Below the pieces are notes generated by a model that made no database searches, was not told the origin of the DNA, and was given only the letters and a program-made list of their open reading frames with translations. Both the position numbers and the translations under genes were made by a program. Source: Tubulanus polymorphus (Eukaryota; Animalia; Nemertea). Taken from it: DNA of 64,000 bases. Below, one piece after another: positions 59,845 through 64,000 of the stretch (position 1 is its first letter; every line of letters begins with the position of its first letter). The stretch is taken from NCBI RefSeq assembly GCF_964204645.1, contig NC_134036.1, positions 3,472,001-3,536,000 on the forward strand. The letters are read 5' to 3'.

Positions 59845-59890
59845 AAAACGGTCCTTGTCAGGACCACCCAAAATCTCCCAGAAAGAGCTG
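59845..59890 (+). terminator. Histone mRNA 3' stem-loop plus purine-rich downstream element
   Basis: AAAAC-GGTCCT-TGTC-AGGACC-ACCCA (stem 59850-59865), about 50 nt after the stop codon, followed by CCAGAAAGAG (59878-59887), a U7 HDE-like element. Confidence 0.92.
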
Positions 59891-61508
59891 GTATGCCCTG
59901 CCCTCGCTTAGCTTTGCTTCATTCCTCGCCCAGTGGAGTTGATCTTAAGATCGTTGATCACGGGCTGTGAAACTTATCGACTGGTGTCCGTATCGTGAAG
60001 ATATCGAGTAACCCACACGGTGATGTACCAAGAGATTTCTTACGAACTTTTTATCTTTCACGTTATATCAGTGTGGGTTACTCTATATCATCTGATAGTG
60101 GGCTATAGACAATATATATTTTGAGGTGAGGTGGACCGCTTCCAGATTCATTCGCCACCCGTCTCATTCACTCAAATGATTCGGGCACAATATCTCCATG
60201 CATTATTGCAAACAATGAGTCTACACCCCCACACCCCGGTAAATCTTTTTTGGGTTTCGACGTGAATGGGTAGCACATCACTTGAGACGCGCGACTTCCC
60301 GCTTGGCAACAGGGAATTAGTTCGGTAAACTTTGACGTGGAGAACAGACTATGAACCAATTTTAAACAGAATCTAAAGGGTAACGATTAATATGTATCAA
60401 TAATTGACGATGGCGGTGAGGAGAGTTCGAATCATTTTTAGTTCTTGATGAGCAAAATTCGTTTATCACCGTTAAACTCTGTACATCCCAGGTTTTTTTT
60501 TCTAACCTATCAAGGAAATCGGTTTAAGACTACGGTTCAAACTTTAGTTCCTGTCGGGTATCGTGATCAGTCGAAGAGAAACGACCGTAGCACATATACT
60601 ACGGTACGGATAGTGTCAGTACGAGACAAGCATCGAATGCGATTAATATCTTTTTGGTAGGTATTTTGCTTTTGCAAAGTTAACAGAGTGAGAAAATACG
60701 ACTAAATCGTGCTTTCTTTGTAATCTAGAATTTCCATTTTTACTACGTGTACTTCCAAACAAGGAATTATGGTCGTCTGAATAAGAGACGTGTTGTGTGG
60801 GCTCCCCTTGTTCGGATACACGACTATAGGAATCTTTTTGTCACGCATTTGGGCAGTAGGAGACGTACTCATACTCGATAGGTACTTAAAACACCCGCGA
60901 GACCAGACTCATTCCACGCGGGGTATAGCGACAACCGAATGCATCATTCAACGAAATATATGTATGATTGTGCGTTTCGTCAGTCGCAGAATATCATCTA
61001 CAAGAACAACGACACTAACGCCGTACTTTTCTACGAGCAAGCTCGTATGTGTACTTTGAATGCCAGACTCCTTTGTTTTTCAGTAGGATTCAAACCGGCG
61101 CATCTCACAATCGATGAATCTCATCACATACACCGCGTACAGTATTTAGTGCTATACGCATTGTGTGAGTGGAGTAAGACTCACAGCGCCGCTACACACA
61201 CAAATTCACGCGTAGCGCTACGCACATACCAATGACGTACTTCACAGCTAGTAGCGTTGATCACAGCTGACAATCTCACGACCGGATTCCGGACTCGCGA
61301 TTGATTCAGGTGTCGTTTAGGTATCAGTTAAACAACAACCAGCGAGTCATGTAGAACCCGATCGCTCACAGGATCGGGTGCTGCCACAGTGAGTTACATC
61401 GAAACGTTGCAACCATCGTAGATCTAGAGGACTATTAGATACACACACGACTCGCATATATATATATTTTAGAAATATACCGAAAACATCGACACATCCG
61501 GCGTGAAA

Positions 61509-61637
61509 ATGAAGAGGTTCGCAGCGTTTCTCAGCGCCGGTATGTTCACGGTTGTATGCATCAGTTTGTACTTGATGTTAGAAACGACTCTGCCCAACAA
61601 TACTAACACCAGAGGAGCGCCGCTGACAGGAGAGGAG
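61509..61637 (+). CDS. MAN2A1: Golgi alpha-mannosidase II (GH38, MAN2A1/MAN2A2-like), first coding exon with type II signal anchor
   Basis: MKRFAAFLSAGMFTVVCISLYLMLETTLPNNTNTRGAPLTGEE then GAG|gtaatc (phase 0). A short basic tail, a TM segment and SLYLML are characteristic of MAN2A N-termini. No later exon was identified in the window. Confidence 0.78.
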
Positions 61638-62619
61638 GTAATCATCTATTTGCGAAAAATCTCTGAATTAAAACTCTTTTTTGTTTTTAGCAATAACGAC
61701 TAAGCGAACAAAAGCGTGTCTAGACACAGGCCTACTAGATTCCCAATAATAACTGACAGCCATTACTAACAGATCCATCCGTATATAAACACAAGAGGGT
61801 ACAGGGGCTTGCAGTTGAAATCTGGAAAACCTGGGTTACTGGATGATCCAAGCTACAGTTCACCCCCAACTTCAAGTACAAGCCCCTGTGCCTATATATA
61901 AGGACTATATAAGACGGTGCCTTGTAAGTGGGCCTAGAAAGGTAGGTACCCGGTACAACATGTTTGGGGCTGAGGGTAAAAAAATTTGGGCGGAGGATCT
62001 ATCTACCATAATGAAGGTTTGTGGTCGTGCAGAAGTCCCGGCTCCAAATCTACAGTGGACTATGCTGAAGTTGGGTTCTTTCGGGACTGTAAATATATGT
62101 CCGACTTGACTGATATCTGAGTTGATATTTCAACAAACATACATTTTCCGACGTACCACAACATTGATTTGCTTTGGATCTGAAACACTCTGAAATTAGA
62201 AAATGAAGTCTGACATTTTTGAATTTTTTGATGTAACCATCTTCATATTTGTTACAATGACAGAGGCCCATCGGCTCATCACTAAATAATCGGTCCCATT
62301 ACAATCGAGATGGTTCGCTTGTGGACATTGCGTTGGCAAAAAAACATGTCATATATAGAGATTTGAAGACCCTTAGGATACTCTGCTGTTACTACATTGG
62401 AAGTACCTTCAGTTTTAAAAAAACCCGAAATATTCACACATTGACCTAATTTTGTGGGATAAAGGTCGCTTGAACTATTTTAAAAGAATACGAATGAAGT
62501 TTCAAAATGAGACAATTTTCCAGGCATTGAATGTTAGTAACTCAATTTAGAATTTAGAACTAATAAGACAAAACAATACACAGCCTGGAAACACCCTTTC
62601 GGACATTTACAATTTGTAG

Positions 62620-62940
62620 CATAGCGTGGACGATGCGTTTTGAAAGTGTGCTGATAAAATGCCTAATACCTGGTGTTGGTTTTCTAAATTTTCACTGGTG
62701 AAGGCCTAAACACATGTGAAGTGTGGCCGATCGGTTTTTGACAATGTGCTGATCAAATTCTAATGTCTCATTTCCAGTGAGAAATGTTTCAGGTGAAGCA
62801 CTGAACACATGTGTGGATGATCAGTTTGTGAAAGTGTGCTGATAAAATGTCTAATATCAGGTGTTTGTAGTTCATTTTAAATTAAAAATGTGTCAGGTGA
62901 AGTTCTGAACACATGTGGGCTGTGGGTGATCAGTTTTTGT
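62620..62940. repeat. About 110-bp tandem family, with another copy at about 33605-33775
   Basis: Shared core AATGTCTAATATCTGGTGTTTGTAG...CAGGTGAA..CTGAACACATGTGAAGTGTGG.CGATCAGTTTTTGAAAG.G.GCTGAT.AAA. Confidence 0.8.
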
Positions 62941-63573
62941 GCCGATAGATTAATCAAATGTTTTTTTTTTGTCTCCCCAAAAAGACATTCAGCTCATACA
63001 AAAGTAAACTAATCAATTCTACAAGCGTTAAAGTTCGATCGGATGAAACGATAGATTTTATGATTTTTACTGCGTGAAAGTAATCAAAATCATCCATAAC
63101 ACATATGCAATGTAAAACTGATATTATTGACTTTAACACTGATGACGAGTCACAGCTGTAGATATGAATAGTGACATCGGGGCGGACAATCACTCAACAC
63201 ATGTTGCGAATGAAACGCATCTATTCAAACAAGTTTCAGAGGTTCCGATTCAAGTCATTGAAGATCTCATCACGACTGGTATTTGGTGTGGCTTCCAGTC
63301 GCCAGGCCTCTATCCCTTAAGAGTAGGAAAAAGAAACGTCAAAATCGCTTCCATACACCTTTTTTTAGTAAATAGGCTTAAAAAAATTCCTTGACCAACT
63401 CGGACGAAAACGAAAAATCATTTTCGTGATTTCCTAGGTTTATTGTATGAACTTATGAAGTGCGCACATGTATAGCTGTTAATAAACCGATATTGTTCAT
63501 GTACGATACTTATAAACTTATATCGCGAATGTAGAACTATCGATATTTATTGTACAGCTGTCTATCAGCCGCG

Positions 63574-63675
63574 TGCGACCGCTCTTGCGACCGCTCTTGC
63601 GACTGCTCTTGCGACTGCTCTTGCGACACCGCTCTTGCGACCGCTCTTGCGACTGCTCTTGCGACCACTCTTGCT
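63574..63675. repeat. 12-bp tandem repeat (GCGACYGCTCTT)n
   Basis: About 8 units, visible directly. Confidence 0.9.
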
Positions 63676-64000
63676 CTCAGACAATCGGTAATGAAAAATC
63701 GAGCTCGAATCGTTTCGATACGTACGTATTCAAACAAACAAATGATTAAAATCACGTCGTATCCGTTGACTGTCGACGGTGGTGGCCTATTGTTCGGCGG
63801 GATCGGGTGAGATTTTTTTTTAATCGATTTTCGAAACAGCTGTCGACGCGACGTGATCAATCGACCCTAAACCGCACATCTTTCATGCGATATTCATTCA
63901 TACGTACGGATATATTGATAGAACAGATAATCGTTGTTTCAAAATTTGCGAACCCAATCGATCATCGTATCTATTCGATTCGATTTCATGCGCGTTACAC

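Noticed and set aside
62985-63400. Second exon of mannosidase II
   Set aside because: Frames after the candidate acceptors hit stops or show no resemblance to the expected coiled-coil stem region.

Overview
This is metazoan (invertebrate-like) genomic DNA, not prokaryotic. About two-thirds of the window (<1-41.8 kb, minus strand) is the 5' half of a class I bHLH E-protein gene (TCF3/4/12, daughterless family). Seven short coding exons with canonical GT-AG sites join in frame, running from the AD1 motif (TDKELSDLLDFSA) through GKNGPT, DNLHPF and LSPAGKPGSPYY to a basic NLS. The bHLH exons lie beyond the left edge. To the right, all on the + strand, are an apparently intact 2.8-kb TTAA-flanked Kolobok-like DDE DNA transposon (54385-57177, 579-aa transposase), a solitary intronless histone H1 gene with a 3' stem-loop (59229-59801), and the first coding exon of Golgi alpha-mannosidase II (61509-61637). 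The introns are a mosaic of CpG-rich unique blocks, several MITE families, minisatellites and microsatellites. The leads most worth testing are a 66-nt in-frame candidate cassette exon that would rewrite the end of AD1, a candidate internal alternative first exon, E-box, X-box and CTCF-like motif clusters, a tRNA-derived A/B-box tandem repeat family, and a Penelope-type minimal hammerhead relic. All homology calls are from motif recognition; no searches were run.
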